The position numbers and the translations under genes were made by a program. From Abditibacteriaceae bacterium (GTDB taxonomy: Bacteria > Armatimonadota > Abditibacteriia > Abditibacteriales > Abditibacteriaceae): 34,595 nucleotides of DNA. Numbering within the stretch: the first letter of the stretch is position 1; each line of letters opens with the position of its first letter. Location of the stretch: positions 1-34,595 of the forward strand of contig JANMKN010000133.1 of the NCBI GenBank assembly GCA_031372065.1, written 5' to 3'. The notes under the pieces were generated by a model, which made no database searches, was not told where the DNA came from, and saw nothing but the letters and a program-made list of their open reading frames with translations. Positions 17,894-26,394 of this stretch are shown one piece after another.

Positions 17894-18742
17894 TCAGGCG
17901 CCGGCCCGTTCTGCGCCGCCGCGATTCCCGCCGCGATCTCCACCCCCGCGACCTCCACGGTCTCCGCCGCCGCGTCCTCCGCGATCTCCGCCGCCACGTC
18001 CACCTTGGTCACCGCCGCCGCGTCCGCCTTGACCGCCGCCGCGTCCGCCTTGATCGCCGCCACCAAAATCACGACCTCCAAAGCCACCGCCACGCCCCCC
18101 TTGATCGCCGCCGCCAAAGCCGCCACGCCCACCGAAGCCGCCACCACCAAAGCCACCGCCGCCGAAGCCGCCACCACCGAAGCCACCGCCGCCAAAACCG
18201 CCAGCATTAGCGCCGCCAAGACCGGCTACGGCCATTTCATCGCCGACGAGACTTAAGGTCGTTAATACAGCTTCAAGACGCGGCTGCTTGCGATAATTCA
18301 CCTTGGCATCCAGAGCATCCAAGGCGGTCTTGCGACGAGTAATTTCATCTTCCTGCGCGGCGCGATACTCATTCATCAACGCCGAAAGTTGCGCGGCTGG
18401 CGTTTCCTGAGCGCGCAAACCGTCCATCATTTTGCGGTTTTGCTCGCCCAGTTTATCCATTGCGCTGCTTTGCTCTCTGGCAAAAGCGATCACTTGGTCT
18501 TGCACCACTTTATCGGTAAAACCGGCGTTGGACATCATTAAGCGAATCGTCTGCTCACGGGCAAAATCGCGCACTTGGTCGGCCAACATTTGTCGTTGTT
18601 CCGGTGTTAATTGGCGATAATCCGGTTTGTCTGGGCCGCCCTGTCCACCAGCTTGCGCATGAGACGCCGTAGCGGTCATGCCCATTGCTGCGCCCGTAAG
18701 GAGCAGTGCCATCAATTGTTTGCGTGCATTTTTCTGTGTCAT
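17894..18742 (-). CDS. Exported helical protein (paralog 3) with long GGFGG/GGRGGGD low-complexity tail
   Basis: AGGAGG RBS before ATG 18742; signal peptide ending SHA; shared domain ending LDAKVNYRKQPRLEAVLTTLSLVGDE. Confidence 0.85.
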   Translation of the reverse strand: MTQKNARKQLMALLLTGAAMGMTATASHAQAGGQGGPDKPDYRQLTPEQRQMLADQVRDFAREQTIRLMMSNAGFTDKVVQDQVIAFAREQSSAMDKLGEQNRKMMDGLRAQETPAAQLSALMNEYRAAQEDEITRRKTALDALDAKVNYRKQPRLEAVLTTLSLVGDEMAVAGLGGANAGGFGGGGFGGGGFGGGGFGGGGFGGRGGFGGGDQGGRGGGFGGRDFGGGDQGGRGGGQGGRGGGDQGGRGGGDRGGRGGGDRGGRGGGDRGGNRGGAERAGA

Positions 18743-18780
18743 CGAAACCTCCTGCTGACTGTGAATGAAATTTCTCGTCT

Positions 18781-19464
18781 TCAATTTTGACGTCCCGCAT
18801 TGCCCTGTCCACCAGCGGCACCGCCGCCGGGGCCACCAGGGCCACCGCCAAAACCGCCGGGGCCACCGCCGCCAAACATCCGACCACCCATATTGCCCAT
18901 CGAGAGCGAGTCGTCGCCAACAAGGCCCAGCATGGTCAACATCATTTCAAGGCGCGGCTGCTTGGAGTAATTGATTTTCTTGTCCAAATCGGCGCGTGCT
19001 GCTTTGCGGCGCTCTTTTTCAGCGGCCACAGCATCCTGAAATTCTTTGAGCAAGCGCGCGACTTCGGTGTCGGGGACGCCCATTGTGCTGACGGCAGTTA
19101 CCAATTTGTCAGCCATTTCCTGAAGAGATTGCGTCGCCGCATCTTTTGCTCTGGAGAAAGTGATGACAGCCTCTTGTTGGGCTGCATTGTTAGCACCCGC
19201 CGTGCCCATAACGCCACGAATCATGCGCTCCTGCCTTGCGGCCTGTTGATCCTGAAAAAACTGCTGGCGTTGCTCTGGCGTCATGGTGCGAACATCGGGA
19301 CGGTTGCCACCGCCCGGATTTTGATTAGGCGGATTTTGCCCCTGACCACCGCCGACATTCGGCTGCGCTTCCGCCGTGCCCGGCACCAGTGCGCTCACGC
19401 CAAAAGCGGCGCCTAATGCCAGAACTTTCACTAACGGCTGTTCTTTTTTGCAAATCTCTTTCAT
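18781..19464 (-). CDS. Exported helical protein (paralog 2), Gly/Pro-rich tail
   Basis: Signal peptide ending AEA; MTPEQRQQ; LDKKINYSKQPRLEMMLTMLGLVGDD. Confidence 0.85.
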   Translation of the reverse strand: MKEICKKEQPLVKVLALGAAFGVSALVPGTAEAQPNVGGGQGQNPPNQNPGGGNRPDVRTMTPEQRQQFFQDQQAARQERMIRGVMGTAGANNAAQQEAVITFSRAKDAATQSLQEMADKLVTAVSTMGVPDTEVARLLKEFQDAVAAEKERRKAARADLDKKINYSKQPRLEMMLTMLGLVGDDSLSMGNMGGRMFGGGGPGGFGGGPGGPGGGAAGGQGNAGRQN

Positions 19465-19691
19465 AAAACCGGTTTCCTTTCAGGAAAAATCTAAAAATCG
19501 CTCTTGTTTGTAATTTGTAAATCACTCAATCCGGCGATCCTGTAGAGGGATCCTTCAGTTTGACCTAACCTGTGCCAGATCGAAACTACCGAAGGAGCGT
19601 AATTGGGCTTACTTAATAAAACTTCACAATGATAGCCCTTTTAGCGGCCACAACCGGCCTTACATAGGCGATTATCAAAGCAAAATACGCG

Positions 19692-20357
19692 CTATCGGCG
19701 AGAGTTGGAATCGCGTCCACGACGGCTGAATCCGCCAAAACTGCTGATGAGATACAGTGATTCATCGCCACCCAGTCCGTAGATTGCCAACACGGCGTCC
19801 AATTTGGGCTTTTTGGTGAAGCCAATTTTTGTATTCAAGTCTTTGCGTCCGTGATCGCGGCGCGTGCGGGCTGCTGTGATGGTTTTACGCAAATCGTATA
19901 GCAAGGCCCCAATTTGAGCCTCACTGGAGCCATCGGCCACGGCACCACGCAATTTGCCGCCTTTTTCGCGAATTGCGCGCCTATCGGCTTCAAGAATACG
20001 CTGCAAATCCACGGCGGCATCTTGCACATCATCCTGCGTGTAACCGGCGCGGCTCAAACCTTCGCGCAAACGATCTTCGGCAAACTTGCGCCAAAGTTGT
20101 TCTTTTTCTTGTGGCGTCATGTTCTCCTGCGCGCTGGGGCTGGGCCACGACGGGCGTGGCGAGTCTGTTAGATAAAATTGCGCTTCGTCTGGATATTGTT
20201 CGGCGTATTCGACCAGAGGTGATTTGCGCGGAGCAGCAAGCGTTTGCCAATGATACGGTTGTGCCCTGCGCATTCCGGTTTGAGAAATTGTGATGCCAGC
20301 CAGTCCAGCTGTAAAAACCGTAACTAAAATGGCAGTAGCCCATTTTTTTTGTTTCAT
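19692..20357 (-). CDS. Exported helical protein (paralog 1)
   Basis: GGAG RBS; N-terminal hydrophobic segment; MTPQEKEQ; LNTKIGFTKKPKLDAVLAIYGLGGDE. Confidence 0.85.
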   Translation of the reverse strand: MKQKKWATAILVTVFTAGLAGITISQTGMRRAQPYHWQTLAAPRKSPLVEYAEQYPDEAQFYLTDSPRPSWPSPSAQENMTPQEKEQLWRKFAEDRLREGLSRAGYTQDDVQDAAVDLQRILEADRRAIREKGGKLRGAVADGSSEAQIGALLYDLRKTITAARTRRDHGRKDLNTKIGFTKKPKLDAVLAIYGLGGDESLYLISSFGGFSRRGRDSNSRR

Positions 20358-20578
20358 GGTGCTTGCTCCAAATTGTTGAACACTGCTTTAACCCAGCGCT
20401 CCTTGCGGCGGGCTATGACAGCACGTTGCCCGCAAGGAGCGCCGGAGTGAGATTAGAACGAAAGAAAGCAGGCCGAGTTTTTCAGGAGGGCTTAAAGTTT
20501 TGTGAGGCTTTGTAAGCCCGTAGTTTGTAAGCCTGTATTCTGAGTGCCGTGATTAAAAAACGACCTTAACAAAAATAT

Positions 20579-21043
20579 TTAACTACCGAACAAACTCATG
20601 TCAAAGTGACTTTCGGTGTCGCCTAACAAGGTTTGAATGTAGGCGATTTGTCCGTGATGATGAATGGTGTCGGCCACAGCCATGCCCGCCACGATGACTT
20701 TCGGCAATTTAGCGAAGCGCATTTCCACCAATTCCTGCAACGACGCGGGATCAAGACCGCGCAGCAGGGCGGCATAGTTTGACGCCGATTCAATCAAGGC
20801 TTGCTTGGCGTCCTCGCGCGTTTGCGGATTTGCAATGGTGGCCTCGTCGGGATTCTGGCCGGTCAACATGGCACTGATACGCCCATGCGCCATCAGCAAA
20901 TGCCGCGCGACTTCCATCGCCGAATTTGCCGTCGGTGCCGGTTTCCAGTCAAGTTTGTCGTCGGGAATGAAATCGAGATTGTGGGCCAGATTGGCCGAAA
21001 AAAACTGAACCTGTCCTGCCAAACCTTCAAGGGGATGATGCAT
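20579..21043 (-). CDS. DinB/YfiT-like four-helix-bundle protein
   Basis: IPDDKLDWKPAPTANSAMEVARHL and HHHGQIAYIQTLLG; GGAGA RBS before ATG 21043. Confidence 0.85.
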   Translation of the reverse strand: MHHPLEGLAGQVQFFSANLAHNLDFIPDDKLDWKPAPTANSAMEVARHLLMAHGRISAMLTGQNPDEATIANPQTREDAKQALIESASNYAALLRGLDPASLQELVEMRFAKLPKVIVAGMAVADTIHHHGQIAYIQTLLGDTESHFDMSLFGS

Positions 21044-21079
21044 GGTGTTCTCCAAACAGAAATTTACGACTATTTCATT

Positions 21080-22105
21080 TTACTTGATGCGCCAGAGCGT
21101 GATGAAACCTTTGTCATCGCCGCCCGCCAACGTCGCCCCATCGGGCGCAAAGGTGAGAATTTTCAGGGCAGAGGACGAGACACGAGTATATAATTGCCGT
21201 TCAATATGCTTCGAGGGCCATTGCTGCAACTCTACCGCATTTGTTGCTATGTCATACCAGCAAACGTGTTCACGGCTAAAACAAAATGGCATGAAAGAGT
21301 GTTGTGAAGTATTGCTGGGTGCTGAGGCGCCATAAGAAAAAAACTCTCCGTTAGAATTCAAAACGGAAATCATATCTGATCCGATAAACGCAACAGATTT
21401 TTGATCTAACCAAAATTCAATGGCGAAAGGCGCCGTTTGGCAAATCTCGCCGCCCTGCCATTCAAAGGGCTTATTTCCAGCCTCAATTCTCCAAATTTGC
21501 AGAGAGTTTGCTATGTGATCTATATGCGAAGATTGCGCGCAAAACAGCGCGAGTTTTTTGTTATCTTTGGAAAATACGGCGACTTTCGGAATCCCTCGTG
21601 GGTCTTTCAAAAAGCCAATTCGTTGACCGTTTTGCACCGCATGAATCGCTACGCCACCGCGCGCCGCAATTGCAGCTATTTTGGCGTCGTCCGACACGGC
21701 CAAAACGCCGGATGGCAAAGCGGAAGAAAGTTCAACCCGTTTCCGCCAGTCCCAGCGATGCAATTTGCGCGCGATGTCTATGCCAACCAATTCATTGCCA
21801 TCGGCGGTGAATTTTAGCGTTTGTAACGTCGTTGAGATTTTAATCCAATAGTTGCCGTTGCCCTGAACCGACATCACATAGATTTCGGAAGGTGCCTGCC
21901 AAACCTGCGTATCTCCTGATGCAGCCGCCACATATTTTCCATCCGGCGACCATACTAAAGCAGTCACTCCGTTCCTCACTCGCCCCAAGACGCGCGGACG
22001 CCACGATAATTTGGCGCGCATAACAAAAAACAGCGCAACGGGAATCACAGCCAACAAGAAAATCGGCAGGTGTTTTTTGGCAAAATAACGGCGAAAAACG
22101 GACAT
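21080..22105 (-). CDS. WD40-repeat beta-propeller protein with N-terminal TM anchor
   Basis: VTALVWSPDGKYVAAASGD, LKFTADG, VFSKDNKKLA, LTFAPDGATLAGGDDKGFITLW. Confidence 0.85.
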   Translation of the reverse strand: MSVFRRYFAKKHLPIFLLAVIPVALFFVMRAKLSWRPRVLGRVRNGVTALVWSPDGKYVAAASGDTQVWQAPSEIYVMSVQGNGNYWIKISTTLQTLKFTADGNELVGIDIARKLHRWDWRKRVELSSALPSGVLAVSDDAKIAAIAARGGVAIHAVQNGQRIGFLKDPRGIPKVAVFSKDNKKLALFCAQSSHIDHIANSLQIWRIEAGNKPFEWQGGEICQTAPFAIEFWLDQKSVAFIGSDMISVLNSNGEFFSYGASAPSNTSQHSFMPFCFSREHVCWYDIATNAVELQQWPSKHIERQLYTRVSSSALKILTFAPDGATLAGGDDKGFITLWRIK

Positions 22106-22182
22106 TTAACGAGAATTTTAGCAAATACACCAGCGTTATTTACTCTCTACCTGCCCTTTCAAGGCGTCATAGACCTCACCAG

Positions 22183-22426
22183 AAAGCGATACGAATTATC
22201 GTGAAGTTAATACAAATTATCGCGAAGTCAATACGAATTATCGTGAAGTCGATACAAATTATCGCTAAGTCGATACAAATTATCGTGAAGTCAATACGAA
22301 TTATCGCTAAGGCGATACGAATTATCGCTAAGGCGATACGTCGGATGCCCAAGGCGATACGGCGGATGACCAAGGCGATACAGCGGATGACCAAAGCGAT
22401 ACGAATTATTGATAAAGCGATACGAA
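22183..22426. repeat. 21-bp tandem repeat, 11 full copies
   Basis: Consensus CGAATTATCGCTAAGGCGATA, units 22192-22422; copies 8-10 are a CGGCGGATGACC variant. Confidence 0.95.
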
Positions 22427-22431
22427 AAACC

Positions 22432-22466
22432 AAAAAAGCCGGACACCATTTTGGTGTCCAGCTTTT
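22432..22466 (-). terminator. Intrinsic terminator of Gfo/Idh/MocA gene
   Basis: AAAAAAGCCGGACACCA-TTT-TGGTGTCCAGCTTTT. Confidence 0.8.
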
Positions 22467-22484
22467 ACTTTGGCGAAAACGATT

Positions 22485-23828
22485 CTAAAGCGCGGGATTT
22501 TCCCAACCTTTGCGATAAGTGCGGCGCACATATTGGTTGGCTTCGGGCGTGTTGGGGAACTGCATTTTGGCGGCGTCCCATTGCAGTGTTGTTTTGGGAA
22601 AGCGCGAGGCCACAGTGCCCAGCAAAATCGCTTCGGTTAATGGCCCGGCATAATCGAAATTGGCGCCGGTTTTGGTCTTGCCTAAAATGGCGTCCACAAA
22701 CTGCTTCCAGTGATCGGTGCCATCCACTTTCATCAGCGATTTGCTATCAAGGCCATCGCCGATAAGCTGCGGCAATCCTATATGCGGCAGTAGCATGACG
22801 CCCTTGGTGCCGAGGAAAATGCTGCCTTGATCGGGAGTGCGATAGCGATCATCGTTGGGCGCCGCGTCTTTGGGCCGCGCTTGCGCTAAAATTTCGGCGG
22901 GCGGCTTTTGGTCGCCGTCATACCACGTCACATTAACTGTATTGCCTTCGGTGTAATCGGTGCCGGGGAAAACGTAATGCACCACAGCGTCCGTGGCCCA
23001 CGAATGTGCGTTTGGCGCGGCGCCTTCGCTGCGCACACTAACCGGCGCAGTCAAGGCCAACGCGTTAAAAACCGGATCATAAATATGGCAACCCATATCG
23101 CCAAACGTGCCGGTGCCGAAATCAATGCGCTTGCGCCAGTTGCTCGGATGATACCAGCCGTCGCCGATAAAAGGCCGCTCGGCACACACGCCAAGCCACA
23201 AATTCCAATCGAAATTGGCGGGCACAGCATCCACACGATTCGGCATCGCGCCGGTGTCGCCCCACTTTTTGTTGCTCCAAGTGTGGACTTCCTTCACCTT
23301 GCCGATGACGCCTTTTTGCACCGTTTCCACTGCCGTGCGGTAGTAAACGCTGTTGTGAATCTGGATGCCCATCTGCGTGACGAGTTTTTTCTCTCGCGCC
23401 ATTTCTGTCAGGCGCCGCGTTTCATAAAGGTCATGCGTCAGCGGCTTTTGCCCGTAAACGTGCAAACCGCGCTGCATCGCCGCCATCGCAATCGGCGCGT
23501 GCATATGGTCGGGCGTGGACACGTTTACCGAAGTGAGGTCTTTTTCTTTGTCCAGCAACTCGCGGAAGTCCTTATAAATGCGCGCTTCGGGAAACTTCTT
23601 GCGAAAATCCGCCGTGCGCGCGTCATCCACATCGCAGCCGGCCACGATTTTGACCGCCGGATGCTGCGAAATCGCATCGGAATCCGCCGCCGCCATGCCG
23701 TTGCAGCCAAAAGATGCATGGCGCACCACTTGATTCGGCGCCTGAGCCTGCGCCGAACGCATTAAATAAGGTGTGACCACCGCTCCGGCGGCCAATTGTT
23801 GCAGAAAAACTCGTCGTGATGTGGACAT
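22485..23828 (-). CDS. Tat-exported Gfo/Idh/MocA oxidoreductase
   Basis: Twin-arginine SRRVFL from ATG 23828; STPDHMHA, HVYGQKPL, GTGTFGDMGCH. Confidence 0.92.
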   Translation of the reverse strand: MSTSRRVFLQQLAAGAVVTPYLMRSAQAQAPNQVVRHASFGCNGMAAADSDAISQHPAVKIVAGCDVDDARTADFRKKFPEARIYKDFRELLDKEKDLTSVNVSTPDHMHAPIAMAAMQRGLHVYGQKPLTHDLYETRRLTEMAREKKLVTQMGIQIHNSVYYRTAVETVQKGVIGKVKEVHTWSNKKWGDTGAMPNRVDAVPANFDWNLWLGVCAERPFIGDGWYHPSNWRKRIDFGTGTFGDMGCHIYDPVFNALALTAPVSVRSEGAAPNAHSWATDAVVHYVFPGTDYTEGNTVNVTWYDGDQKPPAEILAQARPKDAAPNDDRYRTPDQGSIFLGTKGVMLLPHIGLPQLIGDGLDSKSLMKVDGTDHWKQFVDAILGKTKTGANFDYAGPLTEAILLGTVASRFPKTTLQWDAAKMQFPNTPEANQYVRRTYRKGWENPAL

Positions 23829-23902
23829 GATTGTTCTTAAAAGCAAAAGGGAATTTTCGTCTATCCTAAGAGTAAATTTCAGCAGCAATAGTTTCAAACG
23901 CC

Positions 23903-23947
23903 TTGACAGGATTTTTCATTCATCGTAAATTTACGATGAATGAAAAA
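23903..23947 (+). promoter_or_regulatory. Sigma70 promoter overlapped by a perfect 36-bp palindromic operator (putative ArsR site)
   Basis: TTGACA 23903-23908, 17-bp spacer, TAAATT 23926-23931; palindrome TTTTTCATTCATCGTAAA|TTTACGATGAATGAAAAA at 23912-23947. Confidence 0.85.
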
Positions 23948-24251
23948 GCGTTGTTGCGAAAACGAAAACGTGCTTTTGCCCGAAGCCACCGACGAGCAAA
24001 TCGCGCAATTATCAGCGGCTCTGGGCCATCCGGCGCGCGTGGCCATCGTGCGCCTTTTGAAGCAGCGCGAAACCTGCATTTGCGGCGAAATTGTCGAAGT
24101 GTTGCCCTTAGCGCAAAGCACTGTTTCGCAGCACTTGAAAGTTCTCAAAGCCGCCGGTTGGATTCAAGGCGAAGTAGACGGCCCGCGCACTTGTTACTGC
24201 CTCAATCCGCAGGCACTCGAACGCTTTCAATCGCTCATCAAAACACTGTAA
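23940..24251 (+). CDS. arsR: ArsR/SmtB-family metalloid-sensing repressor
   Basis: [31 protein letters not shown]; heads an arsenic-type operon. Confidence 0.9.
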   Translation: MKKRCCENENVLLPEATDEQIAQLSAALGHPARVAIVRLLKQRETCICGEIVEVLPLAQSTVSQHLKVLKAAGWIQGEVDGPRTCYCLNPQALERFQSLIKTL

Positions 24252-24266
24252 AAAAATTTCGGCACT

Positions 24267-24288
24267 TTCATCGCAAAATTACGATTAA
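24267..24288 (+). promoter_or_regulatory. Second copy of putative ArsR operator
   Basis: TTCATCGCAAAATTACGATTAA, 19/22 identical to the core of the first operator. Confidence 0.7.
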
Positions 24289-24941
24289 TGAAACAAAAAT
24301 TGGCGGCAGAATTTTGGGGCACGTTTGCGCTGTTGTTCGCGGGAACCGGTGCGGTTGTCATCAACGAAGCGAGCGGCGCGGTGACGCACGTTGGCATCGC
24401 CATCACGTTTGGCCTTATCATCATGGCGATGATTTACACGCTCGGCGATGTGTCCGGCGCACATTTTAACCCGGCGGTGACGATTGCTTTTGCTTTTGCA
24501 AAACGCTTCGCGTGGCGCGAAGTCGGGCCGTATATTTTGGCGCAATGTGTGGGGGCACTCTTGGGCAGTGGCGTTTTGAAATTGCTGTTTCCCGACAGCA
24601 AAAATCTGGGCGCTACCCTGCCCGCCGGATCGAATTTCCAATCGTTCGTTTTGGAATTTTTGCTGACAGCGCTGCTCATGTTTGTGATTCTCAACGTTTC
24701 CACGGGTGCCAAGGAAAAAGGCATCACGGCGGGCATTGTTATCGGCTCGATTATCGGTTTGGAAGCGATGTTCGCCGGGCCGATTTGTGGCGCTTCGATG
24801 AATCCGGCGCGCTCTTTAGCGCCCGCGCTTTTGTCGGGAAACGTTTCCACGCTGTGGATTTATATTTTGGCGCCAATTTTCGGCGCACTGGCGGGTGTTT
24901 TGGCCTTGGGCACCGTGCGCGATGGCAAAACAACCGATTAA
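24288..24941 (+). CDS. MIP-family channel (AqpS-like arsenite channel)
   Basis: AEFWGT, SGAHFNPAVT and GASMNPARS NPA motifs; ars operon context. Confidence 0.92.
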   Translation: MKQKLAAEFWGTFALLFAGTGAVVINEASGAVTHVGIAITFGLIIMAMIYTLGDVSGAHFNPAVTIAFAFAKRFAWREVGPYILAQCVGALLGSGVLKLLFPDSKNLGATLPAGSNFQSFVLEFLLTALLMFVILNVSTGAKEKGITAGIVIGSIIGLEAMFAGPICGASMNPARSLAPALLSGNVSTLWIYILAPIFGALAGVLALGTVRDGKTTD

Positions 24942-24953
24942 AAAGGATTTAAC

Positions 24954-25412
24954 ATGAAATTGCATCAATTCAAAGCCTTGCTGGAAGCCAATCGCGACAA
25001 GCAATTCCGGCTTCAACTGCCGGACGAAAAAGACGTTCCGGTTTCGTTTCACATCACCGAAGTCGGCCAAGTGAACAAGACGTTCATTGACTGCGGCGGC
25101 AAGGTTCACAGCGTTCAAACCTGCCAACTGCAAGTCTGGCTTGGCCCGGACAGCGAACATCGCCTCGAAGCGGGCAAAATGGCCGACATTCTCAAAGTCG
25201 CGCAGAAAATTGTGCCCGATGACAATCTCGATTTGGAAATCGAATACGAAGACCAAATCATCTCACAATATCCCGTCGCCGGGTCGCAAATTACTGACGA
25301 GGCGGTCACGCTACGCTTGACCAGCAAACACACCGATTGTCTGGCGAAAGAACTTTGTCTCACGCCTGTTGGTGCCTCATCTTGTGGCTGCGGCCCGACG
25401 TGTTGCAGCTAA
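24954..25412 (+). CDS. DUF6428-like protein with Cys-rich C-terminus
   Basis: VPVSFHITEVG...FIDCGG...QVW...EIEY...KHTDCLAKELC...CGCGPTCC; family assignment from recall, not from a search. Confidence 0.75.
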   Translation: MKLHQFKALLEANRDKQFRLQLPDEKDVPVSFHITEVGQVNKTFIDCGGKVHSVQTCQLQVWLGPDSEHRLEAGKMADILKVAQKIVPDDNLDLEIEYEDQIISQYPVAGSQITDEAVTLRLTSKHTDCLAKELCLTPVGASSCGCGPTCCS

Positions 25413-25423
25413 AGGAAACGTTA

Positions 25424-25861
25424 ATGACCAAGAAAAAAGTTTTGTTCGTGTGCATTCACAATTCGGCGCGTTCGGTGATGGGCGCGGCCCTGCTTAATGA
25501 ACTTTGCGGTGACCAATTTGAAGCGGAAAGCGCTGGTTTAGAGCCGGGCAAACTCAATCCGCTGGCTATCCAAGTTCTCAAAGAAATCGGAATTGATGTA
25601 GCCGATTATCAGCCGCGTGCCGTATTTGATGTGATTAAATCGGGCGTGCTGTTCGCTAATGTTATCACGGTTTGCGACGAAACCAGCGCCGAGCGTTGCC
25701 CGATTTTTCCCGGCCCCACCGAGCGTTTGCATTGGAGTTTTGCCGACCCATCCGCTCTGCAAGGCACTTGGGAGGAAAAACTCGCGGGCACCCGCGAAAT
25801 TCGCGAGCAAATCAGGCAGCGCATCCAAACTGAATTTTGCCCGGCTAAGTGCCTTTTCTAA
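25424..25861 (+). CDS. arsC: Arsenate reductase, LMW-PTP fold
   Basis: VLFVCIHNSARS P-loop, SAG, TVCD...ERCPIFPG, HWSFADP; AAGGA RBS before ATG 25424. Confidence 0.9.
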   Translation: MTKKKVLFVCIHNSARSVMGAALLNELCGDQFEAESAGLEPGKLNPLAIQVLKEIGIDVADYQPRAVFDVIKSGVLFANVITVCDETSAERCPIFPGPTERLHWSFADPSALQGTWEEKLAGTREIREQIRQRIQTEFCPAKCLF

Positions 25862-25965
25862 GATGTAAAAGCGCGCGACCTTCTTTGTGTCAACGCGCTG
25901 CCACCACACCACATAAACTGCATAATCGGGATGCAGCGCGATTTAATAAAATAGCGAGAAAACCA

Positions 25966-26394
25966 ATGAACCAACCCGATAAACCACAAGAACGGCCACG
26001 CCACTGGATGCTTTTCGACGGCGACTGCGGAATGTGCCGTCGTTGCGCGCACTGGGTCATCCGCAACGATAGCAAAGGCAAATTCATCGGCGCGCCGTTT
26101 CAAAATACGCCGTCGCCGCCAATGACGCTTGAACTGAAAAAGGCCTGCGCATTCGCGGTTCACGTCGTCAAAAGCGATGGCGAAATTTTGCGCGGCGGCG
26201 TGGCGGCGATGTTCCTCATTCGCGAAATAGTGCCGCGTCCGTGGGGTTTTATACCGCGCCTTTTAGGGCAAGCGCCGTGGATTGTGCCTATCGAGATTGG
26301 CTATCAAATCATCGCACGAAATCGCCTGTTTTTCGCGCGATTTATTCTGCCGGATGAGCCAAAAGCGCCGCTGGAGCCGACCATCCATGAATAA
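25966..26394 (+). CDS. DCC1-like thiol-disulfide oxidoreductase (DUF393)
   Basis: LFDGDCGMC DxxCxxC motif; YQIIARNR. Confidence 0.88.
   Translation: MNQPDKPQERPRHWMLFDGDCGMCRRCAHWVIRNDSKGKFIGAPFQNTPSPPMTLELKKACAFAVHVVKSDGEILRGGVAAMFLIREIVPRPWGFIPRLLGQAPWIVPIEIGYQIIARNRLFFARFILPDEPKAPLEPTIHE

Noticed and set aside
17850..18256. Ala-rich and Pro-rich ORFs overlapping the Gly-rich tail
   Set aside because: Alternative-frame and antisense shadows of GGC repeats
19560..19580. Sigma54 promoter on the minus strand (TGGCAC)
   Set aside because: No TTGC at the -12 position
22176..22488. Protein-coding ORFs 22176..22433 and 22201..22488
   Set aside because: Open frames follow from the 21-bp periodicity; no independent coding evidence
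22908..23765. 285-aa plus-strand ORF
   Set aside because: Antisense shadow of the well-supported Gfo/Idh/MocA gene; no motifs
23829..23897. Longer N-terminus for the oxidoreductase
   Set aside because: The Tat motif directly follows ATG 23828; the extension runs through the divergent promoter region
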